Of a stretch of 64,000 bases of DNA, positions 38,719-54,640 are shown one piece after another. The DNA is from Eledone cirrhosa (Eukaryota): NCBI GenBank assembly GCA_964016885.1, contig OZ024740.1, positions 441,626,001 through 441,690,000 on the forward strand, read 5' to 3'. Position numbers and translations under genes: made by a program. Below the pieces are notes generated by a model. It was not told the origin of the DNA and searched no databases. It saw only the letters and a program-made list of their open reading frames with translations. Each line of letters begins with the position of its first letter. The stretch's first letter is position 1.

Positions 38719-39061
38719 CTAAAATAGAAACAAGTGCAGGTCGTAGAGATTATTATATTTATGACAATAAAACTTACTATTTCTTTTACAATGTGGTTTA
38801 CTGTCAGGGCCGGGAGGAGGGGGGGGGGAGCAATTACCCAGGGCCCCTGCATTAGGAGTGACCACCAGAGACGGTCGCTGCAATATATTTGTACCATCAG
38901 CTGGGCTTTTTAGTTTTAGGATGGTTAGAAATTTTTAATTTAATACCTGTATGTATAACTTTCCAATTCCAATAACTGGCGCCATTTGATATGTCAAATG
39001 GGGGGGGGGGGGGCGTTGCTGTGTATTCTAATTTATTGTGTTAATACATATACATATATAT

Positions 39062-39345
39062 ATGGTGGCTGCCAACTCGTTTTCGAGTACGGCCACTACT
39101 TTATATAAATGTAGGAGAACGCCTACCGATGCAAACACTACACTTGTGACAATTATTGACACATAGTGCTGGGCCCTTGGTACCATGTGACGACAAGTGC
39201 AGAGAGATCTCCAGATATAAAGCAATGCCTGTGTCGTGAAGCTTTTATAGTGAGCAAAGGCACTGCACAAAGCCAGTCCCACTCTCTTAACCAAGATGAT
39301 ATTTACCAAAAAGAAGAACAAGTCAACATCATTGGATACCATCAG
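39062..39345. repeat. Unclassified interspersed repeat, inverted near-identical copy at 58085-58418
   Basis: shared sequence and shared spurious ORFs; both copies abut (TA)n. Confidence 0.85.
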
Positions 39346-39660
39346 AGTTGCAGGTGTTATATTAGAGTTTTCCTTCTCCTAGAATTCTGCCTTGACAAAG
39401 GCTATGGGGTCATCTCTCCCGGTGATTTTGGATGGCCATTGACTCTTAAGAGCTCCTTTGCCCTTTGACAGGTTTTGTTTTTAGTCCTGCAGGATGTCCA
39501 AAGTCACCCTCCTCACCAAGAAACCTTGGTGGGGTTGCCAGTTTAGTCGCCAACGACCCGACCATGAGACAGGTTGTACTGGGATACATGTTACCAGTAG
39601 CACCAACTAGAGACCTGACATACATACATATATATAACTACATATCTATATATACATATC

Positions 39661-39852
<192 letters not shown>

Positions 39853-40020
39853 TATATTTCGACGGCTAATTCTGGACTAATTTAGTCCAGAATTAGCCGT
39901 CGAAAGGGCTTGAGCTCAGCCGTCGGTGTCCTACTCGTTCATATTACCCACTCTACTACCCTAAGTATTGAGTGCTTTGGTGCGTTATGGTCCACTTGCT
40001 TCCTTACCACATTTCCTTCG

Positions 40021-41249
<1,229 letters not shown>

Positions 41250-41252
<3 letters not shown>

Positions 41253-44200
41253 AAAGGATAACAAGGACGATTGGTTATTCCTTCATTGCATTTATTGATA
41301 GGTGACGCGCGTTTCGTCACTGATCAGCTCAAGGTTCGATCTATATCGATCCTACCCGACTCAATAATCGGCAGCTCGACGGACCCTCTTAAAATGTTAT
41401 AAAAAAATGAAATACATGTTATGTGGTAAAGACAAAGTTTCAAGAGTTTGACAAAATGAGTTGTTTTGATTAGTGGGAAGGATCAAGGCGATGTACTGGC
41501 CTGTAGTGTATATGGGGTGGATGTGATGGTGAGATGTTGGTGACGGTCGGTGGATGAGATGGGCTGTGGTGTGGTGGTGGTGGGTTGCCCTTGGCGTGTA
41601 GAGTATGTGGGGGTGGATGTGATGATATGATGGTGGTTATGGTCGCTTAGTGGGATGGGCTGTGGTATGAGGTTAGTGGATTGTCAGTAGACGGGTTGGC
41701 GTGTGTGTTAAATTAAAATCCGCCATAAACTATAGGTCGGACATAATTGTCAATCGCAGACACACCAGGATGAACACCTTCTCTGCACAAACATTCGGGG
41801 GAGGGCCACGCACTAACCATGACCCACCATAATAATAACCACATCTGCCCCGTATCACCATCGCCCATCTCAACGAATTTATTAATTTTAATTTTAATTT
41901 TAATTTTAATTTTAATTTTATTTTATTTTACTTTATCTTATTTTATTGTATTGCATGTAACCATCTGTAAGCCCGTATTTTGTATATCATGCCGCGCATA
42001 CATCACCCACACCAAAAATCACACTAACCATGACCCAGCATATTAATAACCACCTGTACCCCGTCTCACCGTCGCCCATCTCAGTGAACTTATTTTATTG
42101 TACTGCATGTAACCATTTCTAAGCCCGCATTTGTATATCATACCGCATACATCACCCCCGCCAAAATTCACATCACCATACACCCCTCATCGTTGCAACA
42201 TCGTATTAGATCGATTTCCTATAATAGGTTTTACTTTACAATCCATAATAACAAGGGATCTTGTAAATGCAATGTCGATCATATCACACCATCGCCACCA
42301 CCACCACACCACACATCGTCATATGTCTACCATACACACCTACAACCTTATCCCCCCATGCTCCCTCTGTCTACCCTAACCTACAACCCCACGCTAAATT
42401 CGACCCTGTAAATGTACTGTCGCACGCACACAACACCACCGCCACCACTAGATACATCCACATACTTCAACAATCATTAACATCATTAACATCATCAACA
42501 CATATCATCCATCGCTCACAGATCGACTATTATATCCCCCCTCCGTCTGCCTTACCCTGTAACAGACCGTAACTTCTGATCATGTAATCATCTTGTCGAA
42601 CATATCACCCCAGTACCACCACCACCACCATGACCACAACACACATCACCATACGTCCATAAACTCTTCTCCCCGCGTTCCCTATGTCACCTTTTAACCG
42701 GTAACCCATCGCACCATTCGATCCTGTATATATTTTTGTCGCTCACAACTCCACCACCACCACCACAAGACACAACTCCATACATCATCAACACCGCCAA
42801 CACATACCTCCACTCCCCAACCAACGCAAGTGTGTGTGTCTGTGTGTAAGTATGTTTTACATATACGGGCATATAGATATGCGTGTGTGTATGCATATTT
42901 ATATGTATATGTATATATGTATATGTGCACATATATATATGTATATATTTAGTCAGTTTCTACATGCTGTCGAAATGTTGGATAAATACTCGACCGGGGC
43001 CGCCGCGAAGAGGCTACGTTCGGTTATTTGTCGGAGATTTCCCCATAAGAGCATTTATTCTTATAGCTTGTTCTGATTGATTTTTTATATGGTTAATTAT
43101 GCTAATTGGAAGAAGAAATAGTATATATTTTATTATCTGATGATTCTAAAGACATGATTTATGATATAATGCTCTGATTTTTTGATTTATTAATTCTTCA
43201 TAGAGCTTAAAAGTGAACAGTTGCAACATATATATATATATATAACTTTATGTATATGATAACCTTTATATTTAATAATCTCTCAATAGGTTGAGATCAA
43301 ATTTGGCGATATTTGGCTGCGCTTTCTAGCAGCAAGCCTACCCGCCGTAAGCAACCAATCACATTCTTTCTCTCTGGCTTGAACACAGCCACATAGTGAT
43401 TTTTAGCCATTTTTGAATCTAATTTTGGCGGGATCGGATTGAAAAACTAGATGTCTGATTTTGAGTTAGTCTCCTGATGAAACATAGCTCTGGACATTCC
43501 TATTATTTGGATGTCCTAAATAAGGAAGAAACCGTGGTAGAGATATAATTGCGGTATGTGCGCATTTCTTCTAAGTTTAATTTTACAACTAATTGTGTAT
43601 GGTTGATGGTATATTTAGTCAGTTTCTACATGCTGTCTAAATGTTGGATAAATACTCGACCGGGGCCGCCGCGAAGAGACTACGTTCGGTTATTTGTCGG
43701 AGATTTCCCCATAAGAGCATTTATTCTTATAGCTTGTTCTGATTGATTTTTTATATGGTTAATTATGCTAATTGGAAGAAGAAATAGTATATATTTTATT
43801 ATCTGATGATTCTAAAGACATGATTTATGATATATATATATATATGTATGTGTGTATGTATGTGTATGTATGTGTGTGTGTATGTGTATGTCTACATATA
43901 TGTATATAGGTGAATCTGAGTGTATGTGTACGTGAGCTCGTATATGTGCATGTATGTGTATATGTGCGTGTGTGTGTGTGTTTGTATATATGTGTGTGTA
44001 TATATATGTGTGAGTATACGTGTGTGTGAGTGTGTATGTGTATATTTTGTATACGTGCGTGTGCGTGCATGTGCCCATATCCATATATGTGTGTTTGAGT
44101 ATATGTATGTGTATGTATATATGTATAACACCTTCTACATTGCCTCTCACCTTACTTCCATCTTTGCCACTCGACACCCCCACCGATACTCCCCCACTCT

Positions 44201-45057
44201 CCATATTTGTATCCGCATGCGCGCATGCACATACATGTGTGTACTTATACATATGGCTGTGTATGAGCGTGTGTCGATATGTGTGGGCAAGGGTGTGCCT
44301 AAGTGTTTTGTGTTGTGTGTTTATACAACAATATGTGTGCACATATATACATGTGTGTGTGTGTGTATACGTATATACAAAGTATTTGTCAGACGAAGAG
44401 CGTCTAGCTATGTATCTATGTAAGGACTTGACACCACCAATACATCCACCACACCACCACAAATGCCACTACCATAAACAACAACACCACTACCATACCC
44501 CCACACACACGCCAACCCGTCTACTGACCTCACTAACCTCATACCACAGCCCATCCCACTAAGCGACCATAACCACCATCATATCATCACATCCACCCCT
44601 ACATACTCTACAGGCCAAGGCCAACCCACCACCACCACACCACAGCCCATCTCATCCACCGACCGTCACCAACATCTCACCATCACATCCACCCCATATA
44701 CACTACAGGCCAGTACATCGCCTTGATCCTTCCCACTAATCAAAACAACTCATTTTGTTAAACTCTTAAAAACTCTGTCTTTACCACATAACATTTCATT
44801 TTCTTATAGCATTTTAAGAGGGTCCGTCGAGCTGCCGATTATTGAGTCGGGTAGGATCGATATAGATCGAACCTTCAGCTGATCAAAGGCGAAACGCGCG
44901 TCACCTATCAATAAATGCAATGAAGGAATAATCAATCGTCCTTGTTATCCTTTCAATATATTACACTCTGTATAGCTCTATACCTAATCACAGAAGTGAA
45001 CCTAAACATCGAGTGCTCTCACGGGTGAACCTGCAGTAACTCCTAGTTACACCCTCT

Positions 45058-45060
<3 letters not shown>
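41250..45060 (+). mobile_element. Non-coding CA-rich element with an inverted head (41250-41708 vs 44503-44960), probable non-autonomous PLE derivative
   Basis: about 460-bp inverted arms; GAAACGCGCGUC half-HHR; (TA)n flanks; nested insertion 42944-43834. Confidence 0.55.
42944..43834 (+). mobile_element. Partial tandem pLTR-like unit (period 666 bp) with an HHR-like motif at 43470-43543
   Basis: 225-bp direct repeats 42944-43168 and 43610-43834; UCUC CUGAUGA...GAAA CCGUGG UA GAGA. Confidence 0.6.
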
Positions 45061-45109
<49 letters not shown>

Positions 45110-45211
45110 TCAGGTTATCAATAATGTAGTGATAATATATCGTTACGTTAGAGATGAACAGCGTACGTGCAGGTTTGCTCAACGAGTATAAATTATATTC
45201 CGGAGAAAATG

Positions 45212-47709
45212 TAGAAAGGATGAATATAAAATGAAAGTGCTTTTTTTAAAAAAGGAATTTATTAGGTATTGACATATGTTTCTGTAACAGACGGAATACC
45301 TATGTATCGCTGCTTGCGTAATCATATAATGTTAGCAAGTATTCGATAGCAAATGTATAATCAGTTGTCACTTCTTCAGAGATTTTGGATAAATTGGATA
45401 AAATCAGAAAAATTGAAGTATTTATATTAGTAATAGAGGAAGAAACAGAGGGGATAGTATATGACAGATGGTAAATTAATTTACTGCTAAGCAAGTATAT
45501 AATGGGTTTCTAATGAGAATACCATGAGTAAATCTAAATAAGAATTTTGGGAGTGCCAATTTTAATCTCTACTTGACCAACTGGACAGTGGACAGGGCTG
45601 GTCATTTGGTGCAGTAGTATTAATTATAAAGTGTCAATTGGGGAAGGGGGAGATTTCGATTGCTACTAAATAACATCAATGCTAGTAGCCAGCTGGTATA
45701 TGCATTAGGGAATTGAATCAAGAAATCAGAAATCTCATTTTATCTATAGCCGTTTGTATTAAAAGGTAAATAATAGAAGAGTTGATAGAATTAAGACTAA
45801 TAAAGAATGTTAATATCTATTTTGACAATCAAACGGGGATAGAGACAGGCGTTCAATCCTGGTAGTATTTATAATATGAAAATGTAGATTTTAAGCGATG
45901 GTTACAGTATAACGATCGCTCTATTCTGTTATTTAATAAAATGTTTTTGGATTTCATAATACAAAATAATTCTACATTACATAATTTACAAAATTCCTGT
46001 CCATGGGATTATGGGGGGGCAGCCGCTATTATATCCCATTTTAGGTGAAATTGTTGGTTATTTTCACGCAGCTGCCAAGCCTTGTCTGCGAGTGTTGTTA
46101 CATAACGCTGGTTTTCATGTTTTATCGAGTAACGATGTCTACAAAGGCGTGATTTGAAGGAGGTGGCTGTAGATCCCACATAGTACCACTTCTGTCTATC
46201 CGATTCGATAGTACATTTGTATACGATGTTGCGTTCAAGACACTGATTGTTCAACGGACACATTCCTGGTTGGACACAGTTGCAATTATAATTTTGCGTT
46301 GTTGTATTGCCATGGATGGGTTGATGAGGTTGCTTATGTAGGACAGGATGTTGTTTGTTGTTTTGTGATGTTATAGCTAATGTTTTACGTGTATTGTTAT
46401 GTGTTGGAAGGCGTTTATACAACCGTTTTGCGTTAAGCTTTTTTATATGTTGTTCAATATTAGGAGCGGTTGAATATGAAAGTCGAATAGTGTTAGGGTT
46501 TAAGATTTTATTATATTTATGTGATGTTGGAAAGTGTTTATTAACTAATCGAAAGAATTTTGAGGGTAGATTGGTTTTAATAGAGTTGTTATAGACCGGG
46601 TTGTACCAAATATACTCCTTACATCGCCTTCTGTTTGGTGGTGTGCGACTATTATTGTGTCTATTGCGGTAGTGTATGTATGGTGGTGATTCTGTGCTAT
46701 TTCTACTCCTATGGGATTTATTTTGGGTGTTTTGGTGATCTTTGACTATATACTCTATATTATCTAGGTGACCGGCTTTCCTAAGTGCATCATCATAATA
46801 TTCGGCATGTTCTTTGAAGGTTTGTTGGTTGGACGACAGGCGGGAGATTCTAAGAGAAACATTTCTATGGATGGATTTAATTATAGAGAGTGGATGGTTA
46901 GAACTCGTATTTACATATTTAAGGTTCTCTTTTAGTTTATGGAACGGTTTAATCGTATCTGTATTGAGATTGAAAGTAACATCAAGGAAATTGACCTCTT
47001 TGAGGTTATATTCAAATGTAATATTTAATCCTAGTTCCTTAAAAAGCTTTCTGATATTTTTACGCATCCTTTCTAAATTCTGGTTATTCATATGCTTAAC
47101 TAATAGGAGCGCATCGTCACGGTAAATTCCACCGTGGAGATCCTTGAATTTTCCTTGTAATCTGTGGGTGATATAAATTCCCACAAGATCTGTTACTTCC
47201 GCCGAATCATTAGAACCCATAGTGATATCAAAATTAGAAGGTCTATCTTTGCGAACCCAGTAGCTATCATCGAATTTAACTATAGTTTTCCTCGCTTCCA
47301 TAATAATTTTAATTTCAGCATCCGTAAGGTCGGAATTATCCTTAGCGAACGAAAGAGCTTCATGTAGAGTATCAGGTGAAATTGAGGAATAATATTCATC
47401 AATATCAAACTGAATAAATTTTGATTTTTTCTTATCAGTAATGTTATTAAACCATCTTATTGCTTCATGAGTGTTACCCCATAGTTTAATCTCTACTTTA
47501 ACCTTAACTTGGGGGATAATTCTGTCTAGTATATATTTGCTAATTTTGCCTATATCAGATTTAGAGGGGCATATAAGTCTAATATTAGGGTTAGTAACGA
47601 AGTTTACCTTGTGGTCCTTCAGGTTGAAGGATGGTATAGCTGGTGTTAAGGGTTGCGTTCTATCGTCAATACAAAGTTTTTTAACAATATCACATGCCGA
47701 GTTGTTGAT

Positions 47710-47711
<2 letters not shown>
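45212..47711 (-). mobile_element. 5'-truncated Penelope-like element of a second lineage (RT, GIY-YIG, 3' pLTR)
   Basis: FIQFDIDEYY, FDITMGS, IYRDDA, NFLDV, CNC...CPL...NIVYKC...YVGST; frame continues past one TAA at 46009 to a stop at 45853. Confidence 0.92.
45267..45385 (-). ncRNA. Hammerhead motif with long stem II insert; second copy at 49354-49472 (-)
   Basis: CUGAAGA A GUGACA...UGUUAC A GAAA CAUAUG UC; palindromic stem III; weak stem I. Confidence 0.55.
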
Positions 47712-47760
<49 letters not shown>

Positions 47761-47852
47761 CAAAGGGGATATTCAATTTGTTGGTAATTCAACAAATATA
47801 AATGTTTATAACTGATTCAGAGCACTCGACAAGTTTTCTGGAGTATAATATT

Positions 47853-49263
47853 CAATGATATTAAATAAATGGAAACTATATTTATAAAACCATATTTATT
47901 CTATTATATATATTTCAAGGGTACCAATTTTTATATAATTAACTCTCAAAACTCTATTAATCTTAAAACAGAATTATTTTCTAGTTGCAGACATCGCCCA
48001 AATTCCACTTTCAGAAGTATTTTTAATTTATGATATTCATTACACTTGACTATATCTTGTACACCTTTAAAATGATCCTATTTTCTTTAAAAATTTACAT
48101 TTAAATTTTTTTGAATGATCTTCTTTCTTAATTTTTTAATATTTTTACTATTTTTACCATTTGACATTATTTTCTTCATGACACCCCTCTAAATATATTT
48201 TTTTTAGATGTAGATTGATAATCTTTAATTGACATTCTGAAAGTTTATCCTCTTTACGATAGTTCTTCGAAATTCACATTACTTTTTTCCTCTTCTTTGA
48301 TCTTCAAACTTTCACACATCTTTTGACTAAAATAATATATAATTAAAATTAATCTCACACAAAATAATATATAATTTTCTCTATATATTCTCTGAGTAAA
48401 TCATTCATCAAATTTAACGGTTAGCAAACAAGATTGGAGTTATCTTGCCCTTTTCAATCGTGCAAACATAAACATTATATTATAATATAATATGTATGAT
48501 AAACTATATAACTTCGCTAAATTAACAATATTCTGAAAACATTTTCAATGTTGGAACAAAATATTTGAATCTACAAATTGTTCTCCTCTTACAACTTTAA
48601 CTACGTGTTTTTTTAATGTAAAATGCAGAATCAATATCCTTCGTAACTCATATGAGAAATCTAAACAACTAATAATTGTAACTTATTTCTATTTCTATAA
48701 TACTTATACATGCACAATTATTAATCTATATAGATATTTATATACTTACAACCTGTTGTAATGTAACAAGATAAAATCTACTTACAACCATAATTCTTCA
48801 TATAATCTAATTGATTATATATACAATATTATAACTCATAATATAGCTAAATAAATTTAAATTCTGGAATCATATTTCACCATTGCCGCAAATTGTTAAT
48901 TCCTTTTAAATTAACGTAAATACAAGCTGTTCTTCATTTTTTTCTTTTTCCTACTTATACATACATATATCCTAATTATTTAAATTCTGCATAGCGTCTA
49001 AAAATAACTTTTTTTCAGCCCTATACCTCAACCTCATTTGCATACTCGTCTTAATAATTTGAAATATCTGACTTTTCTTCTCTTTTCCTTCACTATCCAA
49101 GAAAAACTTGAATCGTTAAGGTATCTTTTCTTGGTTATGTCAACATTTATAAAACAAACTTTGTATTTTATCTGATGAGAGAGTACCAAAGTTTTGGTAC
49201 CCTTGAAATACATATAATAGAATAAATATGGTTTTATAAATATAGTTTCCATTTATTTAATAT

Positions 49264-49268
<5 letters not shown>
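47853..49268 (+). mobile_element. AT-rich non-coding element with a 75-bp inverted head and a 3' HHR
   Basis: 47853-47927 is the reverse complement of 49194-49268. Confidence 0.55.
49164..49224 (+). ncRNA. Type I hammerhead ribozyme
   Basis: UAUUUUAU CUGAUGA GAG A GUACCAAA gu UUUGGUAC C CUU GAAA UACAUA UA AUAGAAUA. Confidence 0.72.
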
Positions 49269-49304
<36 letters not shown>

Positions 49305-49586
49305 GAAAAGATGAATATAAAATGAAAGTGCTTTCATAAAGGAATTTATTAGGTATTGACATATGTTTCTGTAACAGACGGAATACCAATGTATCGCTGC
49401 TTGCGTAATCATATAATGTTAGCAAGTATTCGATAGTAAATGTATAATCAGTTGTCACTTCTTCAGAGATATTGGATAAATTGGAAAAAATCAGAAAAAT
49501 TGAAGTATTTATATTAGTTGTAAGAAAGGAAGAAGAGAGGGGATAGTATATGACAGATGGCAATTCAATTTACTGGTAAACAAGTA

Positions 49587-49662
<76 letters not shown>

Positions 49663-49793
49663 GTGAGGTTTTTTTTACAAAATGAAAAATAACCGAGGTG
49701 TCCTACACGAGTGGAAGTATAAAGAAAAAGGGATGAAATCGAAAATGCAACTGAAGTCTTATTTTTTTTAAAAATATATATATTTATTTGGTT

Positions 49794-49831
49794 CCTTTAC
49801 CGGTTTCGCAGTTCTTCTGCTTTTCAAAAGG
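49794..49831 (-). ncRNA. Minimal hammerhead with U3-A8 core inside a 94-bp-arm hairpin (49718-49943)
   Basis: CCUU UUGAAAA GCAG aagaa CUGC GAAA CCGG UA AAGG. Confidence 0.7.
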
Positions 49832-49936
49832 TGAGTTGAGATGGAGGATCTGCGAAACCGGTAAAGGAACCAAATAAATATATATATTTTTAAAAAAAAT
49901 AAGACTTCAGTTGCATTTTCGATTTCATCCCTTTTT

Positions 49937-49976
<40 letters not shown>

Positions 49977-50116
49977 AAGGTTTAGTAAATAATGAAAAAG
50001 TTTCAAAATAAATTTTAAACCTGTTCTACATCATCCACTCTCATCCCAGGAACAGTCTTTGATAGCGCTAGTTTGTGATTTAAATTCAGGAATTTTATAT
50101 TCTTTGAATGAAAAGA

Positions 50117-50200
50117 ACCTTCTGACGAGAATCTCTCTTTGCAACGAAGGCCGTATGGCCTACGTTTTATTTTTGGGATTCGAAACCGATCGGTAAAGGT
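50117..50200 (+). ncRNA. Type I hammerhead ribozyme, copy 1
   Basis: ACCUU CUGACGA GAAUCUC...GGGAUUC GAAA CCGAUCGG UA AAGGU; all three stems pair. Confidence 0.85.
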
Positions 50201-50599
50201 AACTATAGTAGGTAAAGTCAATTTTTTAAAATTTATTTTGAAACTTTTTCATTATTTACTAAACCTTGTTTATATTTGTTCTGGCTCGTTAATTTATTAA
50301 CCCGCCATTGAACCACACTGGCACTTGGTTGGACAATACATGCGTACCTTGACGCCTTGTGCGTGAAAGGACGTATTTCATATTACTACTACCTCCACAT
50401 ACGTTGAGAACAAACCGGGTCATTCCGACTGCTGCTGATAACAGCGGTGGCTAGTTCGACCTACCTCCTTTTGCCTCTATCTTTACTACGGCCCTTGATA
50501 AACCTGTTCTACATCATCCACTCTCATCCCAGGAACAGTCTTTGATAGCGCTAGTTTGTGATTTAAATTCAGGAATTTTATATTCTTTGAATGAAAAGA

Positions 50600-50683
50600 A
50601 CCTTCTGACGAGAATCTCTCTTTGCAACGAAGGCCGTATGGCCTACGTTTTATTTTTGGGATTCGAAACCGATCGGTAAAGGT
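50600..50683 (+). ncRNA. Type I hammerhead ribozyme, copy 2
   Basis: identical to 50117-50200. Confidence 0.85.
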
Positions 50684-50856
50684 AACTATAGTAGGTAAAG
50701 TCAATTTTTTAAAATTTATTTTGAAACTTTTTCATTATTTACTAAACCTTGTTTATATTTGTTCTGGCTCGTTAATTTATTAACCCGCCATTGAACCACA
50801 CTGGCACTTGGTTGGACAATACATGCGTACCTTGACGCCTTGTGCGTGAAAGGACG

Positions 50857-52354
<1,498 letters not shown>

Positions 52355-52529
52355 TAACTAAACAAATAGTTTTATCGCTCTACATGGCTGAATACAAGAA
52401 ATGTAAATCTGAGTTTTTAGAATATTAATGATAATATTCGATTTGTTTGCAATTATGCAAACAGCCTCTTAAGCCATATCAATAGAATGACCCCCGTCAT
52501 TCTTGCTCTTGTGTTGACATATAAACAGA

Positions 52530-52576
52530 ACGGCAAACACTAATGTTTCTGGGTTGTTACCCTTCATCAGTACCGT
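52530..52576 (-). ncRNA. Type I hammerhead ribozyme, sense to the host pre-mRNA
   Basis: ACGGUA CUGAUGA A GGGU aaca ACCC A GAAA CAU ua GUG UU UGCCGU. Confidence 0.72.
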
Positions 52577-52813
52577 ATACTGTTTACCTGCCAACTGTCA
52601 GAGCTAATGAAAATATATGATATTTTCTGGAATATACAGTGATGTTGCTTTACTTTATTACAAATATATTTCTAAAACATTTTCTTCAAATTTTCTTTCT
52701 ACATCTGCCTTTCTTTAATGATTATATAAACTACATAGTTTAGATCGACCGTTTGGAATATATAACATATTAAAGTATTTAAAATACATATTCAAATCAC
52801 GTAGTACACTTAC

Positions 52814-53059
52814 TGTTGAATGGTTTGGTAAACCAACTTTGACAGGCCGGCGGTTGGTGTAAGTAAGTTTGAGAGGTGCATGGTGAATTGAGATGTGTGC
52901 TTTATTTGCTGTCATTGTTTTCTTGGTCAAATGTTCAGTTACTTTGGCTGTTACAAAGATATTAGGAGCATTACAGTAAGAGTAGTATTTGGGGATGTGA
53001 ATGGTCTCCGTTTGAAACAAATCCCTAATAGGAATGCTGATATGTGCAACACCATGGAT
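52814..53059 (-). CDS. TEP/A2M-family exon (IHGVAHISIP...VTAKVTEHLT...KVGLPNHST)
   Basis: cag/gtaagt; 246 nt, phase 0 to 0, no stop; V-x-A-x-VTE and K-x-GLP resemble MG3/MG4 motifs. Confidence 0.85.
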
Positions 53060-53919
53060 CTGTGAAAATGAAATGAAAAGAAAGTAGAAAAAAATGATAT
53101 TGCCTTTACTGACGTATCTAAATTGTCAAAGAAATGGATGAACATCGCAACTTCCTGTTTCACCTCTGGTATTCAATATGAGGAGTTAAGTCCACATAAG
53201 AGTATGTTATCTCAGGTGAGATAAAAGCAGATAGGGGAGTACAAATTGATGTAATTCTAACAATGACGAACCGGAAAACCTTATGTGGAGAAATTCCGTA
53301 CGTAAAAGGGCGGTACCTAATACCACAAGGTATTAGGTGTCTAGAACTTCAATAATTCGTCCTTACACCACTATTAAATGTGAAGGCACGTGGCTTTGGT
53401 TAGGGCATACGGCTCACGATCGTAAGGTTGTGAGTTCGATTCCGGGTGGTATGTTGTGTCTTTGGACAAGATACTTTATTTCACGTTACTCCAGTCTGAT
53501 CAGCTTGCAAAAATGAGTTATGCCTGTAATTCGAAAAGCCAGCCTTGTCATATTCTGTGTCACACTGAATCTCCCTGAGAACTACGTTATGGGTACGCGT
53601 GTCTGTGGAATGCTCAGCCACTTGCACGTTAATTTCATGAGCAGGTTGTTCTGTTGATCATATCAATAGGAACACTCGATAATAGATTTTGGTGAGCAGA
53701 GTGTCTGATTATCACCTTAACAATTCAGTTTTCTGCTGGATTCTATCACTGATATAACCATAGGTCTAAACATATATGTGTGCTTCAGAAGTTGGCTTCG
53801 AACTCAACATGAATGAGTTGGCAAAATATGATTCTTAAAGATCGATAAGGTAGCAATTAAACTGACAGATTATTGGTAGGAAACTATTATAGATTCTTAA
53901 TAAATATTATCATACTTAC

Positions 53920-54010
53920 ATGCATCTTTCGCGAATAAGAAAAGTCCTCGCGGTTTCCCATAGTAACGTTTACTTCCAGAGAACCGTTGACAGGTCTTCC
54001 AAAGGTGTAT
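53920..54010 (-). CDS. TEP/A2M-family exon (YTFGRPVNGSLEVNVT...RKMH)
   Basis: cag/gtaagt; 91 nt, phase 2 to 0; YTFGRPVNG matches the A2M YTYGKPVxG motif. Confidence 0.92.
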
Positions 54011-54041
54011 CTGTTAAATAGATGTTAGAATTGTGAGAAGG

Positions 54042-54116
<75 letters not shown>

Positions 54117-54349
54117 CTACCCTGTCCCCACCATTACCACCACTATCGATACAAACATTCAATTTATTTCAATAGAAAGTCTTTTGACACCTCAGCACAT
54201 CAGCCATACTCACTGAACCAGAACGATTTCTCTCCATCCCCTTTCTTGACCATTATCTTTTGTTTGGCACAAACCCTCTATGACAAATTATGTGAGTGTG
54301 AAAACGGCTATAAAGAACCCCCAAATACGAACTTGTGCGAAATTTAATG

Positions 54350-54640
54350 CACTTATTCACGTGATAGTCATAACCAACCAAATTACATTTATAAAAAAAC
54401 AATTTGAGCCACTTTTTTAAGTGAAAATGACAATAAAGAACCTTCAAACGTGAACGGCGCGATAGTTGATGTACTTATTCACGTGACAGTTATCAACCAA
54501 CCAAATTTTACTTCTATATGAAAAAACAACGATTTGAGCCACTTTTTAACGCGAACTGGCGCTAAATTTATTATACTTATTCACGTGACAGTCATCAACC
54601 AACCAAATTATTATTTTTTTAAAACCTAGCAATTTGAGCC
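54350..54640. repeat. Three imperfect tandem copies of a 105-125 bp unit (acttattcacgtga...aaccaaccaaatt...atttgagcc)
   Basis: direct observation. Confidence 0.7.

Noticed and set aside
39345-39620. Possible HDV-like ribozyme in a GC-richer repeat
   Set aside because: Could not assign the nested double pseudoknot by eye; needs a descriptor search.
44870-44906. HHR-like CUGAUCA...GAAACGCGCGUC (also 41300-41335, minus)
   Set aside because: G8 is C with no compensation, and stems I and II are not convincing; half motif only.
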